A DNA stretch of 63,386 bases, counting the filler, from Sphacelaria rigidula (lineage: Eukaryota): assembly GCA_964200075.2 (NCBI GenBank). It is 7 parts of 7 records of this genome, joined end to end, with 100 filler letters (N's around TTAATTAATTAA, not from the genome) between each part and the next. Parts side by side here need not be neighbours in the genome. Positions count along the whole stretch, not along the records: positions 36,281 to 45,249 come from CAXNAA020009619.1; positions 45,350 to 54,318 come from CAXNAA020009620.1; 5 more parts are not named here. The stretch is one strand, 5' to 3'. Below, piece after piece: positions 36,281 through 49,325 of this stretch; position 1 is the first letter of the stretch, and each line of letters opens with the position of its first letter. Made by a program: the position numbers and the translations under genes. Below the pieces are notes generated by a model, which made no database searches, had not been told where the DNA came from, and saw only the letters and a program-made list of their open reading frames with translations.

Positions 36281-39200
36281 CGAACATCGTTAAGGGCTCG
36301 TACAAACATAACGATACAGACTTATGGGACAGAGGAAGTAGTATATTTTTTGCCTCCGGCCGCCCTAAGCAGGAGGCAGTCCTACGCATGCGACGTCCTC
36401 TGGGGGGCCCTACGGTGGGCGCACATCGCCTTCGGCTCTCATCTGCACTAGCGTAGACGGTGCCTTCCGACTTTTTCAACCCTACAGCACAGTACTGTCT
36501 GTACTGTCTGCATACCGTAGGATAGGATTTAAATGCAATTTGAACGATGTCCAGGACACACCATACGGTACCGTCTGCACTCTTCATACAAACAGTAAGG
36601 GCCTGTCTTGGCACTTTTTTTTTGGATCGAAAAAATGAGGCGGTGGAATCGATCTGAGCGGAGAAAAATCGTTTTGATGCCGTTGGATCCGGATGGATTT
36701 TCAAGCTTTCGATCGAAAAAATACAGTGAAATTCGTGAAACGGTACATGGTCTGTACTGTTTGCACTGCTTGCATGTAAGGTGTCTTGGGTGCGTGTGTG
36801 CGGGTGTGCGTGCTTCGTGCAGGAGAAGATGAAGGGGAAGCGGACAATGTGTAGTGCAGACCGCCCAAGACTATCCGTTCTCTCTGCTTACAATGCGACT
36901 TGAAAATAACTTCAGCAACGTGCAGCTTTGTACTGCCTGCATTGTCCATGAGCGTGCACGCAACTCGGTTGCCCACCGTACCGCACGCAGTTCCATCCCT
37001 GATGACTACCATGAGAGAAGATGCCCAAGTTTTCGCCAACAAAAAATAAATAAAGCACTACCCAACAACTTTCGTGTATCTGTTCCTGTGCTCAACTCGT
37101 GCTCTATGCTGCAGGGTTGCGGTGGTAGCTGAGAATGAGTTGGATGGAGTGTGCATGGTCCTGTGAACAGGTGTTATTTGGCGTGGTGGTCTGTAAGATA
37201 AGAGTCAAGTACCGCTTCGTGCCCTTCGACAGCATGCTTTCGATCGAAAACGATTGTTTTCACCTCGTTGCATTCTTCTCTGCGCGCCGCTAATTATAAT
37301 TTTGAGTTGAAGCCTTCAAGGAACATAAATGCGGTGGACCTATCAGATCGGCAAAAAAAATCGACCGCACTTTTGGATCGAAAAAAAAGAGCTGAGAAAC
37401 GTCCTTAGGCCTCCCATTCCTACGCACACCTGTCGGATAGCAGAGATAGCAGCTTGGAGCTGCTTCAATTACACGGGAGGCCGATGGTCGAAGTTGTGAA
37501 TGCGGTTGTGTGCTGTGCTGCTGCAGGTTTTGCAAGCTTCATACGAGCCTAAAACCCTCAAACCGTTGACAAATGAAATATGCAGCAGGTCATAAGCACT
37601 TCATTAACTCAGAATAGTCGTAATCTCTTTGTTTTTCGCAAATCACGTGGTGCGGAGTAATCTTCCTCCCGCCCGGGCGGGTCGTCTGTTCAACGGGCAT
37701 CGTTTCCACTTACAAATTAGTATCATGAGACCCATATGATCCAACCTGCCGGTCGCACGGTTAAATTCTAAAACATCGTCGTAAGAACGAGTCATGTTAT
37801 TTTGTCACGACCACACTAGATCACGATGAGCGCTGATGTGACACCTTCAGTCCGATGGAGAAAATGCGCACAACGGCTTGCCATACGGCGGGACGGGAAT
37901 GTAATGAAGTGGCAAACATTTACTTAGCGCACCCGCTGGGATGTACTTCTGTCGAATAAGAGTACAGCACGGTCAGTTGGTCGGCAGGTGTTATCTACCG
38001 CTCTTGAAAGCCAACAAGTCGCTCGGGTTGGCGTACCACACACTCCGATTCCGCACGAGTCGGAATTCCTCCTGTCAGTATGAGAAGTCGACAGAGAGAA
38101 GCTGCAGCACGGTGCTGTACAGACAGTACAACCAACCCAGCACAGATATAACAATATAAGCGGTTGCTGAATATGCAAACACGGGCGGCATAACTCAGGC
38201 CTAGGGAAGCGTATGCCTTCGGTTGAAGCAACAAATTTGCAACTGATTTACCGCTCCAATCAGCGTGCACCGCAAGGCGTGTGTACAATGCATGTTGTCA
38301 TGTTGTCGGGTGTCACACACCACATGCACTCTCCTTCCTGGAAGGAAAAAAAAAAATGATTCAACTACCATGGATGAACCCTGAGCAAAAACAGGAGTAG
38401 GGTGACTTCGGCGCGGGGCGTGATATCCCGCCCCCTTCGAGACGGATAGTACCCCTGGTCGCCTTCACCATTCTCGCACCTACCTCCATTCATGTGATGG
38501 GAGGGAGGAAACAAAGAGACGATATGCAAATGTCGGCGGGGAACCATCTGAGAGCAGTGCTCAGTAACGGGAAAGGTTCGGAACCATCCAGGGGTAGTAT
38601 CCGTCAACATAAAATTAGCTCCACTACTTGTACGAGTACTACAATTTACGTTTGAGGACATAGCACCGTCCCACCCCCAGCAGGGCCGACAGGTACAATA
38701 TGTTCCTTGCTGTTGCTCTACGTTTTTCGAGACCCACATACACGTGTTGGCATGCCCCCCTGAGCAAAACTAGATATCATACGGAGGGTAGAGGGCGACG
38801 TTACCGCAACACGAAATTGTTTCGTCTCAAAATAATGACATGGGATCGCAGGAGCAGTATGGATCATTGTATGAGGTACAGTATAAAGGAGGATACAAAA
38901 TGAGCGCTGGGGCGAGGCGGCAACAAAATCGTTTGTGCCGCCTGTGTGACAGGAGTGTGTGCTGTCTGTGTGCCATGCAATGCAAAGTTTTCGCAGGGCA
39001 GAAACAGGCCGTCAACACACGAAGGGGTTTGATCAGAAAAGCACCTAATGCCCATGCTCCCGACCGCGCACCCGCCCTTCTCCAAAGGCGAGGATGTTGG
39101 CAATTCGTGGGAAGGATGTCGAATGCTCAAAGCTTGTCTGCTGGACTGTCATTGCCTCTTGCTTGTGCTCAACTGTCAGGCATCCCTTCGTTTCGGACGA

Positions 39201-39404
39201 CTGCAGAGAAGGCGCACGCGCTTGTGAAAAGGCGAGCATGAACTTCTCTTTGAAATGTACGAGATTCCAACAACATGGTCAGCGTTGCTGCAACAGACAG
39301 TGGCAACACAACTTAGAGTCCAGTAAAGAACTCTGTTCACTGGGGACTAAGGTTTGCGCTGCTTATACTTCCCAATCACATGCCCCGTCGCTATGATTGT
39401 TCAC

Positions 39405-39554
39405 CTCTGAAGGGTTGGCATGCCATGCCCCGCCCATGGCACAGGCCAGCTTCTTTGCTTTGGCCAGCTCCATAGATTCATGCCGCACGAGACCTCTACC
39501 GCTGCCGCCCCCGCCTTTACTTTTGCTTTTCGTCTGCGCCTTCTTCTTCGGCAT
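39405..39554 (-). CDS. Probable first exon of an unknown basic protein
   Basis: MPKKKAQTKSKSKGGGGSGRGLVRHESMELAKAKKLACAMGGAWHANPSE with an in-frame donor GAG|GTGAAC. Confidence 0.5.
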
Positions 39555-39770
39555 GTTCCTCAGAGTGGGAACGCTGGCTTGTACAATTCGGTTCCCATGC
39601 ACACAGAGTATTCTGATTCCTTTTTCCAAAGATCATATTTACATCAATTTTCAGACCCGCGGTCGAAAAGATATAATCTTTGAGATCTTCCATCTCTCCA
39701 ACAACACTGGACGCAAGTCATACCGGGCACTGGTGGAAACACTGTAGATTTTCACGCGCACAATAAGCTG

Positions 39771-39900
39771 GTCGCCCCGGTGGCCCAGCTGGTAACCTCG
39801 AATTCTTTCAACGGTTAGGTCGTGGATTCGAATATCGGTGTGTACTCACATGATCTGGTTGTTTTTATCGCACAATGTCCAACAATAGTGTAGAGCGACT
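39771..39900 (+). mobile_element. tRNA-derived SINE, 5' part
   Basis: A-box-like TGGCCCAGCTGG and B-box-like GGATTCGAATA; homologous to the SINE head at 42560 (minus strand). Confidence 0.7.
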
Positions 39901-40157
39901 GAGCAATGCTACGGTAGGGGTGCAGGTTTCGCGCGAAATCTTGTCTGGTTCAGGGGCTCCTCACGATTCTAGATGCACAACAACATGGGTCAGGGCATCC
40001 CCGTTTGCTAATTCAGTTGGGATATCCCCAGCATATTCGGAAAGTAATCCTGGCATACTCTCACATAGTTTCATCAGTCATGTTTTGGATTAGATGAAGG
40101 GCTCTTGACAATTCTAACCTCAGAAAAAATTCGTGCACCCCTACCGTAGCATCACTC
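39901..40157. mobile_element. MITE with 24-bp GAG..CTC TIRs (Sola-like)
   Basis: GAGCAATGCTACGGTAGGGGTGCA ... TGCACCCCTACCGTAGCATCACTC; partial copy at 45035-45249. Confidence 0.8.
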
Positions 40158-40159
40158 GT

Positions 40160-42091
40160 ATACTCTAGTGCCGTCAAGCTCCGTCCCAACTGGACACAGG
40201 TTAATCGGGTCCCGATGGGTGTACAAGAAGAACGCGGATTCCTCGCACAAGGCCCGAGTCGTCGTGCAGGGTCGGGGACAAGTCCCTGGCGTCGACTGTG
40301 GCAGCACTTTCGCACCGGTCTGCAGGATCCAAAGCATCCGCATGGTATTAGCTGTAGCGGCGGAGTATGACTTGGAGTGTGGGCAACTGGGCTATAACAC
40401 CGCTTTTCTGAATGCCGAACTCAAGGAAGAAGTTTACGTCCAGATGGCGCCAGGATACGAGGAGTTTGACGCCAATGGAACTCCGATGGTAATGCGGCTC
40501 CACAAAAGTCTCTATGGCCTCCGTCAAAGTCCAAACTGCTGGTAGGGAACGGTCGACACACACCTGGCGGAGATTGGAGTCAAGAGCCTTAAGTCGGACC
40601 CTTGCGTGTACATATACCAAGAGAGCGGCGACGTCTACATTTTGACTTTATACGTTGATGACGTCCTAATGCTTGGGAAAGATGTCAAAGTTCTGGGGAG
40701 GATCAAGCATAAACTGATGGGACGTTTCTCGATGACGGATATAGGAAATGTATCGTTAGTGCTGGGAATGGAGGTTGTTCGTGATCGCGTTAGGATGACA
40801 GTCACCGTCAGCCAGAAAAGTTACACCAAGTCCCTCCTGGAACGATACGGAATGGCGAATTGCAACCCAGCATACACTCCTGGTGTCGGACAAGAACTGT
40901 CACTGGACTAGCCGAGGGAGAAAGCTTTGAACGAGGAGGACAAAAAACGTTTCCAGGTCATTACGGGCAATGTGATGTATCTCGCTCACGTGACACGCTA
41001 CGACATTGGAGACGCCGTGAATCAACTGGCGCGGGCGATGTCCAATCCGTCGAAGGCGCATATGACAGCTGCAAAACACTTACTTCGATATTTGGCCTGC
41101 GCTACAGATCATGTCATAACCTACAACCAGGGTGGTTTCCAATTGACGGCGTTCTCAGATGCGAACTGGGGTAACAACCCAGACAACGGGAAATCTACAT
41201 CATCATGTCTTATTTTTCTCTCGAATGACCCCATCAGTTTTAAGGTAAGACTACAAGGACTCACCGCACAATCAACGATGGAAGCAGAACTCGTGGCCGC
41301 TGCACTCACCATGAAGGAAGGCATATTTTGCTCGAATATGATGCGGGAGATGGGATTGGCACACGCTCCGACTCCGTTCCTGTCTACATCGACAACACTT
41401 CTACTCTCCACGTCGGAGGGAACCGAACTTACAGCTCGAGAGTCAAGCACGTAGCTCTACGGTACTTCTTCATTCAGGAATTAGTCGAGGAGGGAAGGAT
41501 CGACATTCGTTACGTCAAGACCGAAGACCAACTCGCAGACATAGGGACCACGTACCTCAGCAAACACAGGCACCGCCATCTCGTCAAGCTAATCAGCACA
41601 TTCAAAATATGAGTACAGCCTTGTCGTAGCTTTGAGCTCTTATTTCGTCCTTGAGTGCCGGGACGGTTGTACTGATGTGGGTGTTTGGAACTAGTACGTG
41701 CTGCACTAAGGGGGAGTGTGAAGGGTTGAGAGTTATACTTGCGTTGACGGGGGGTGTTAGAAAATGACGCTGTGGAGCCATGCTCTTCGACGCTTCGTAT
41801 GGTATTGACTTTATATATATATATGTATTGTTGGGATCGCAGGTACCGGTCACGAAGGTTTGGTCTGATGTGGGGGCGTGTAATGTAGGATAGCAATTGT
41901 TATACATGAAGTACTCTTCTCTTTGACCGTGTACCCCGGTGGGTTGTTTGTATTTGTCTTACCCAGAAGCGGCACCTTGAACACTATCTTCTCTCTACAC
42001 TCCTAAGCAGCCTGTCTGCTTGCTCGGCTTAACTAGCATTGTGCCAACTCTAGCGACCACGACAAAGGGGTTCTGAGTGAATCCTCTAACA
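40160..42091 (+). mobile_element. Ty1/Copia 3' half (RT, RNase H, PPT, 3' LTR 41755-42091), degenerate
   Basis: IGSRWVYKK, STFAPV, TAFLNA, KSLYGLRQSP, LYVDDVL, FSDANWGNNPDNGKS and KHVALRYFFIQE; a few in-frame stops and a frameshift; the LTR is bounded by TGTTAGA..TCTAACA. Confidence 0.95.
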
Positions 42092-42186
42092 GATAGTTCT
42101 AGATAGTTCTCGAAAAATTACGGCTTGTGGACAGGTGCAGTATTGGATTTTAGTGTAGACACCGACATCCAGATCTTTAAGCCTTT

Positions 42187-42649
42187 GACCCCGAGGGTAG
42201 GTCACCTGCTGAATCGGCATCAATATTCACTTGAAAAAGGTATACGTGATTCAGATGGACTACCCTCGCGGTCTAAGGGTTAGCCCTTAGCCCGTGATTC
42301 GGATGTGTGTGTTGTCGTCCCATTTGCTTTTGGTACTCCATCTTCCTTCTGCGGTGCTCGCCTTTCCTTTTGATCGCGAGAGGGGTTCAGCAGTCCCTTT
42401 CCCTCGTCGACCATCAAGTCGAATTCTGTGTACCCACGACATAGTCGCTCTCCACTGCTGGGCATGGAGTGAGAAAAAATCCCAGGTCGCTCCGAGATTT
42501 AAACCCACGACCCAACCGTCAGAAGGTTCCGAGGTTACCAACTGAGCCACTGGGGCGACCGCCGCGCTGCGGGTAGTCCATCTCGATCACGCATACGTTT
42601 TTCAAGTGAAAGTTGATGCCGCTTCAGCAGGTGACCTACCCTCGCGGTC
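42187..42649. repeat. Pair of inverted ~87-bp mini-elements (42187-42273 and 42563-42649) bracketing a SINE
   Basis: The two arms are approximate reverse complements; each ends in CTACCCTCGCGGTC followed by TA and starts with a degenerate GACC(G/C)CGAGGGTAG. Confidence 0.8.
42275..42560 (-). mobile_element. tRNA-derived SINE (~285 bp)
   Basis: Head GGTCGCCCCAGTGGCTCAGTTGG..GGGTTTAAATC; the 3' motif AAATGGGACGACAACAC is shared with 18-34 and 54532-54548. Confidence 0.75.
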
Positions 42650-44127
42650 TATCGAAAAAATACCTGAAGAAAGGTTCGTAGATAATGGTTGATGAGGAAC
42701 ATCATCGAATGTCACAGACTGAAACTAACACTAACCCTAACCCTAACCCCGACCCAAGGCGCACGAGACCCTCGGGCGAGGAGGGTGCATATTTTCCCCT
42801 CGGCAAAGTGTGCGTTGGCAGACGAATCGTCGCGGCAGACTCCGATTTTGACAAAAACACGTTCTGGACGAGCTGGGTCCACTGCTCATCACCTGCCCCA
42901 AGCCATAGGTTTTTCAAAACTTTATTAACTCTAAAATCGAGTAGTCATCCCTGTCAACCATTGTTTACGAACATTTCATCAGGTCTACAGCTCTGCTAAG
43001 GGTCAACGGGCCTCTTATTATGCTGGAAGCCAACGTATCGTGTAACCATTCAAAAGATGAATGTCACGCCGGCCAAAAACAGATGTCACTCTCAGTTGGA
43101 TCTTTAACTCTCAATTTCACAAAAACATTGTTATGTGCCGGTAGACGGATTATTGCTGCTGCACATCCCCCGAAGATCGTGGTGCCGACCTTTGTCGTCT
43201 CTTATCTGTGGCGCTGACTAGTACAAAGATCTAGTCGTTTCCGCCTCTCTTTTTGGACAGGACACGCCCCCGTGCGCTTCAGAAACACGCCGTCGAAAGG
43301 CAGGACGGTGTTCCCGTCACCGCTACTGTTCTCACTCACACGTGCCAGCAAGGACGGTGTTGCGGCATAAGATCCAATCGGAACTTAAGGAGTATTATTG
43401 TCATCGTTGATATTACCCAACCTCTGCACCTGTTTGTGCACAACAAGGAGAAGAGTCTGTAACACCCCAGTTGGGGGGATGTATAAGAGATCAAACACTC
43501 ATGGAGACCTTCATGACATGCGGAGTGAAGAAAGATACCTCTGGCGGTGACCTAAATGTTGCTGACTTAACCCATATGCTGGGGGCTGCCATCCTGTAAT
43601 CTGAGGTTTTCTGATGTACAACCGGTCGCATGCTCAGCAGGGTGTGTGTATGTGTCTTTCGAACACTCTCGTGTGAGGGATTCATCACAAGCTGGGGCGA
43701 TGTATGGTTTCACAAAGGTCACAAGGGTGTTCTATGACCAACTACTTGCCGTTGCATTTGTGACGCACGCCGTCAAGCGCCGACCGCAAAGGTCTTGGCT
43801 AAGCATAGCTTTCAAGCAGCGTAGTCGGCAGTACGCTAAACAAACCCGTACAAAATGCGTCAAAGCGAAACCACAAGGCATAAATTCGTCCCTGGCTAGT
43901 TCAAGGAACATTTGTGCGAAGTTTTGCTGCGAAAATCGCTGAACTGGTGCATGGGGATCGTTTTCACGTCTAACTGGACGTTCAACATTGAAATTAAGTA
44001 CTTTTGAGGTTTTATCGGCGACTATTACCGAGATAGTCCCCCCATAAGAAGTGCACCGGAGGCCGTCCGACAAACCGGCTGCGATCCCACTATTGGGCTC
44101 GTTTGAATCAATTTCGCCCACATGAAA

Positions 44128-44429
44128 CAACGTTTTCGTGAGAGTGAGAGTATAGCGCTGATTTAGAGTGGCTTTGGTAATTCGCTCTAACCTGGCTATT
44201 TTTTCACTATGTGTGTCCTTTTCTTTGCCTCTATTAATAGCGTATGCTTACAGCTACACGTCGATATCCTACTCAGGGATATCGAGGGCCTCAGTGGCAA
44301 GCTAATACAGAGAAAGCATATCGGGCCTCGTGGAGGGGGCCTTTCGGAACTGAAATGACCCATTTACTAATAATTGACTGTTTTTCACTCTCAATCGTAT
44401 CCTCTACTCTCAATCTCACGAAAACATTG
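44128..44429. mobile_element. ~300-bp MITE with CAAYGTTTTCGTGAGA TIRs
   Basis: CAACGTTTTCGTGAGAGTGAGAGTA ... TACTCTCAATCTCACGAAAACATTG; second copy at 48541-48830; a lone terminus near 43107-43130. Confidence 0.8.
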
Positions 44430-45034
44430 TTATGAGAGGCGTGAAGCAGTCCGAAATCAGCTATAACGCCCACGTGAGTCGCGTCGTGCAGCACGAAACC
44501 AGCTCCAACAGCATTTATGATCATCGCCTCCATGCACGGTTTTGGCCGGTTCGAGGGGGGCCATCTCAGCAGCAGTAGTCTGGCGCAGAGCACTTCAGTG
44601 CACTCATCCACATGACCTCACGGTAGTTTTTTTAAGTTAGACTGGATATTTCGCACATCTACTTGGGATCATTTCGAAACGTTTCAAGGACGGATTTTGT
44701 TGCCTGTCATCGGGGGTTCCAGAACGGCATGTAATCTAAGAAAATCCCCGAACACCCTGGGATCCCCGACGCCCGTCGGAGTAAAGGAAATAGAAATCTC
44801 GTCCTTGAACAATTTCGTAATGACCTAGAAGTACATGTGTGCACAACTTCAGTGGTTAACCCCAAAAACCGACGTGAGGCTTTGCTGATAGGTGCATCTT
44901 GGGCCTTCACCCTGAACCAGCCTGTACGAAGACGTGAAAGAGACGAACAACATGGGGACCACGAGCCGCACCTATGCTGCTATACTACCACGTTTATCCG
45001 TCTATTTATCTACCAAAGCCTGTTATCAGGTAGG

Positions 45035-45249
45035 GAGCAATGCTACGGAAGGATTGCACTTTTTGCGCGAAATATTGTCTGGTTCAGAGGCTCCTGAAAA
45101 TTCTAGATGCACAAGAATATGGGTCAGGGCACCCCCCGTTTGCAAATATATTCGGGACATCCGTAGCACATTGGAATAGTAATCCTGGCGTACTCTCACA
45201 TATTTCATACGTCATGTTTTGCATGAGATAAAGGGCTCCTAACAATTCT
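45035..45249 (+). mobile_element. Truncated copy of the 39901-40157 MITE
   Basis: Colinear with 39901-40115 up to the contig end. Confidence 0.8.
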
Positions 45250-45349
45250 NNNNNNNNNNNNNNNNNNNNNNNNNNNNNNNNNNNNNNNNNNNNTTAATTA
45301 ATTAANNNNNNNNNNNNNNNNNNNNNNNNNNNNNNNNNNNNNNNNNNNN
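45250..45349. other. Artificial contig spacer
   Basis: N44-TTAATTAATTAA-N44. Confidence 0.98.
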
Positions 45350-45444
45350 TCCGTGGCCGCCGCGTCCCGCGCCCCCCGGCGCCATCCGCCTCCCGTTCGC
45401 CCTGGCGCGTCCCCCCCCCCCCCCCTCCCCCCCCCGGCCCAACA

Positions 45445-45484
45445 CAGACGTGACAGACGTGACAGACGTGACAGACGTGACAGA
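45445..45484. repeat. 9-bp tandem repeat (CAGACGTGA)x4
   Basis: Directly visible. Confidence 0.9.
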
Positions 45485-46092
45485 GGAGTACATGCAAATT
45501 GGAGCAAAGAAGCGAGTTGCCAGAGTTTTGTCGAGATAGATGAAACAATGCTGTAACATGTACGACGTGCGTACTGTCTGTATAGACACGAGGAAATTAT
45601 CAGCACCGCTCCCCCTCTAGTATTGTACTCGATCATGGAGAAATCTTCCACGTGTGCACGGGCTCAATAACCCCAGCTACTACTACTCTACGGGAGTTAC
45701 AGGACAACTTTCACGCCATTTCAAAGCAGCAGGGTATATACCCATCATACATTGGCTGGGCAACATCACACTTAGTGCAATGAGTGAAAACAACAGACAC
45801 GATGCGATGTGTGCATATTATCGTTCACCTACAACGTACCTCGCACGCAACATGATCGAGTACAGTAGTGCAGTACAGACAACAGTAGTACACACTGCGT
45901 GTCTACAGCACATGTTGTGTCAATACAGGTGTATGTAGATACGTGTTGTACACCCCCCTCTCCTGGTTCAAACATATTAACAAATATAATCCACCATAAA
46001 ACTCGAGATATTTGGCCGCTGCCTGCGCCGATGATGGTTGTGACCTTTGACCTTTCAAGGGCGAGAGTTAAAACTTGCTGCTGGTGGCTTGC

Positions 46093-46239
46093 CTTTTGGA
46101 GTCGGCTCTTCTTCTGCTTCCCGACGGTGAATGTGGCCAGCTTCTTGTCCGTCAGGGTCTCCCTCGCTCCCGGCTTGAGCTTACCGATCTGCATTTTCCC
46201 AGACCAAGACAATTTCTTCTTGCCTGGATCATCCCCCAT
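46093..46239 (-). CDS. First exon of a probable U2 snRNP-associated SR140/U2SURP-like protein
   Basis: KKLATFTVGKQKKSRLQK resembles the recalled SR140 N-terminal F.IG..KK..FQK motif; ends at a phase-0 AAG|GCAAGC donor. Confidence 0.55.
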
Positions 46240-47346
46240 GATGCTTGGCTTCCTCGTACTGCTCTCGCTTGGTGGGGGTATTGGTTGTAGGCAATGTCCT
46301 GCTCGAAAAAATCGACCGCTTCACGAAGGGGATGTGTTCCTCTCGCAGCCGTATGAATGGACCCGTCAAAGCAGTAGCCTCACCGAAGATAGACTCTACA
46401 ATAATATACGCAATGTGATAACACTATAATATTCCTCGATGGCTAGCGATTCGTCTCTCTCCGCCCATGGAGCACACCGTCAAACACCTTCCAATTTCCG
46501 GTGTGGAGGACAGGCACCCCCTACGTCGCGTCTTGATGAGAAATGACGTTTACAAATCAGTATTATGTGTATCATGGGATATAACACCCCCACCTGCCCT
46601 TCCTGTCAACCTCGATTTTCACGTTTTAAAGGATTCTTACTCATAATAAAAAAAACTTAATGTATTCATCATAGACAAAGGGATCGGTAGTGTGGCAGAA
46701 GGACGTGAGTTCCGCTGCTCTACGCATACACTTTGAAAATATTGTTGCCTAGGGGGTGCTTTTCGTCGTCACCCTGTAAATATTTCAGATAAAATCATGT
46801 ATAGGGTTTGGTAGGAAAGTGGAGCACACTATCCAGACATTGCATTCAGCTTCATTTCTTATGTTTATCTGGAGGAGCATAACAAACGGGCTCTGCGTGC
46901 TTGATATTCTCACATCATGTTCATGACGACCCTCTCGTATGCGGGTGAGCTTTTGTATTCCAGTTGCGGGTCTGAAACATGAAGGCGGGAGAGTTCAAGT
47001 ATATCAGGGGTCGTACAACACTAAAATCCTATGTTGTTCCTTTCAGCCCCCCCTCGATACAACATGCTTCTGCTGTACTGGATCGCGTGTACTTGCTATG
47101 CCGCGGTCGTGATTTAGCACTCAAAAGGGCCAAAGGCAAGGCCAGCTGCAGAGATTGTGTCCTTTGTCAATATACCAGACGGCTTGTTGAAACTGTGGAG
47201 AAATCGCAAGCGCTCGTTGTCTAGTGAAACGCAGCTCAGGGGCGCTCGTCTTGTCTATCCACACTGGCTTCCAGGAAATACGCAAGGGCAAACCGTGAGC
47301 TAGACACGCTGCATCATCAGGAGCAGTACCAACAGATCGTGCGAAA

Positions 47347-47520
47347 ATGACCATGAATAGAGCAGATGACACGGGCACGGTAACTGCTAATAAGTCCCGA
47401 ACGGCGAGATCAGTGAGACAGCGGCGTGTATCCACTCCTGCACCTGGTGCAGTGCCTGCTGCTTGCGCTTTGCTTCTGGCGGCTGCCTTTGTGCCTTGTT
47501 CTTCGTGTGCGGGCGTTCAG
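47347..47520 (+). CDS. Possible first exon with a signal-peptide-like segment
   Basis: AVPAACALLLAAAFVPCSSCAGVQ followed by CAG|GTTGGT; divergent from the SR140-like exon. Confidence 0.35.
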
Positions 47521-48540
47521 GTTGGTTGCTGTAGATTGAAGTCGCGTGGCATTTCGCAGCAGCCCAGAGGGTGCCGTTCAAGCAAAGTGTACGTCCAGGA
47601 CAAGAGCACAGATATGCTGCGTAGTGCAGCGCCGTATCGAACACGCTGCAGATGGTGCTGAGCAGCAAAATCATTCAGAGATTGCGCAGAAATGTGCGAT
47701 CATTTTCGCAAATCGCTTAGGGGGGGAAAGAGAATGCTTATGAGCGCGTATCTGTTGCGCTACAGAGGGCCGACTCGACAGGATCCTAAGCTGAGTCTAG
47801 TTTTTCCAGTGTCAGTTCCGTTTTTCCTCGCGGGCGGTTGGTGTTGGTCCTTGAAGCTTCAACACCCTGCTTGAAGAACTTGCGCAGTCAGTACAGCATG
47901 GATACAGCGTGAGAGGGCATAGGGATTAAAGGGTTACTAACTTGGAGCCTCTTGACTGACTGCGGACGCGACGACCAAGGATAGGGGGGACTGGGAATAA
48001 GCAATGCAAGGGTGATTCGTTAACCAATTAGCTGATGTATGCTGCCATTCCATTTCTTGGAGGCGCAGGCAGCACTGCCCCCACGAAACAGTCGACGCAT
48101 ACGCTGCAAAGCACCCCCTGTGCGAGCACGCACGCACCCCCAACACACCCCAGTACAAGTGAAAAATATCGAAAAAAAATCCTCGAAAGGAAAGAATCGA
48201 TAGTGTCGGAATAGTCATCGTGTAGACAGACCTCTCTGTCCGAGTTTGTCACGATGAGACAGGCGTTGATTCCACGTCAACTCCGCCCCCAAGCGCCCGA
48301 ATAGGTCGGGGGTCACAGGGGTGTTATACGCCGTACACACAACCAAGGGTATGTCATGTTCATCATGTTCACGTTTCCCCATGAACCACCCGATCCTTCC
48401 AGCGCAATGCTGGACTCCTCGTCGATCTTGATCACCCCGTACCATTCCAAGAAGGAACATGATAGCATTCGGTCATACCGTTTGAGATTAATTACAGAAG
48501 TGTCACGATAACTGACCTCCAGGTTTTCGTCTACAGTAAA

Positions 48541-48830
48541 CACCGTTTTCGTGAGATTTGACAGTAGAGGACTGATTTAGAGTAGGTTTTATCCTTCGCT
48601 TTAACTCGTCCATTTTTTCAGTCCGCGTGTGCTTGTCTTTGTCTGCATCACTGGTGTGTGCTTTTAGCCACACGTCGATATCCTACTCAGGGTTATCAAG
48701 GGCCTCAGTGGCAAGCTACTACAGAAAGCGTATCGGACCTCGCGGAGGGGTATTTCGGAACTGAAACGATCCATTCACTCATTGACCGTTTTTCATTCTC
48801 AATCGTATCGTTCGCTCTCAATGTAAAAAA
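48541..48830 (+). mobile_element. Second copy of the 44128-44429 MITE
   Basis: Shares ACACGTCGATATCCTACTCAGGG..GGGCCTCAGTGGCAAGCTA and flanking sequence. Confidence 0.8.
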
Positions 48831-49325
48831 AATGTAAGTATCTGATTTCACGGAAAATTCAGCTCACCTCCCACTGCGTCGTATCAAACTGTCTTAACAT
48901 GTATTATAGTTGTCGATGCTCACCTTTAGATGAAAATTCAGATCTTCGCGGTCTGTCTACCTAGCCGTCGGTCTTTGTACTAGAAATACAATACAAGTAA
49001 CTGCACGATGAAGGACGATCAATTCCTAAATTAACGTCCCGGTCGTAGACCCCAGCCTTCGCTTTCCGTTTGAACACGAACAACTTCGTCGTCAGTAGGG
49101 TTGGACTCCGTTTCCTACTCTTGCGCACCGCACGGTAAGTATCCCTTGCACTTCCTTTGCCCTTTCGAAACCACATAGGGTGGGCATGGATCTCCGTCTC
49201 GACCACCACTTATCCCCGGCCTGGATCGGAGAGGTGAAGGGGGTGGGGGCAGCCGCCGTGTCGGTGGCGCTGCCGAGGATCTTACGGGTAACGACAACGA
49301 CAGACGAACCGCCATTCCAACGCCC

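Noticed and set aside
38370..38480. HMG-box-like exon (RPAPKSPYSCFC) on the minus strand
   Set aside because: Only a few residues resemble the motif, and I could not build a phase-consistent link to the 39405-39554 exon.
42486..42560. Functional tRNA gene (also 39771-39845)
   Set aside because: A and B boxes are present, but the cloverleaf is incomplete, the copies are diverged and they continue into a shared body, which fits a SINE head.
45350..45440. G/C homopolymer-rich contig ends as G-quadruplex elements (also 17940-18040 and 54255-54318)
   Set aside because: They lie at contig termini and look like low-quality sequence.
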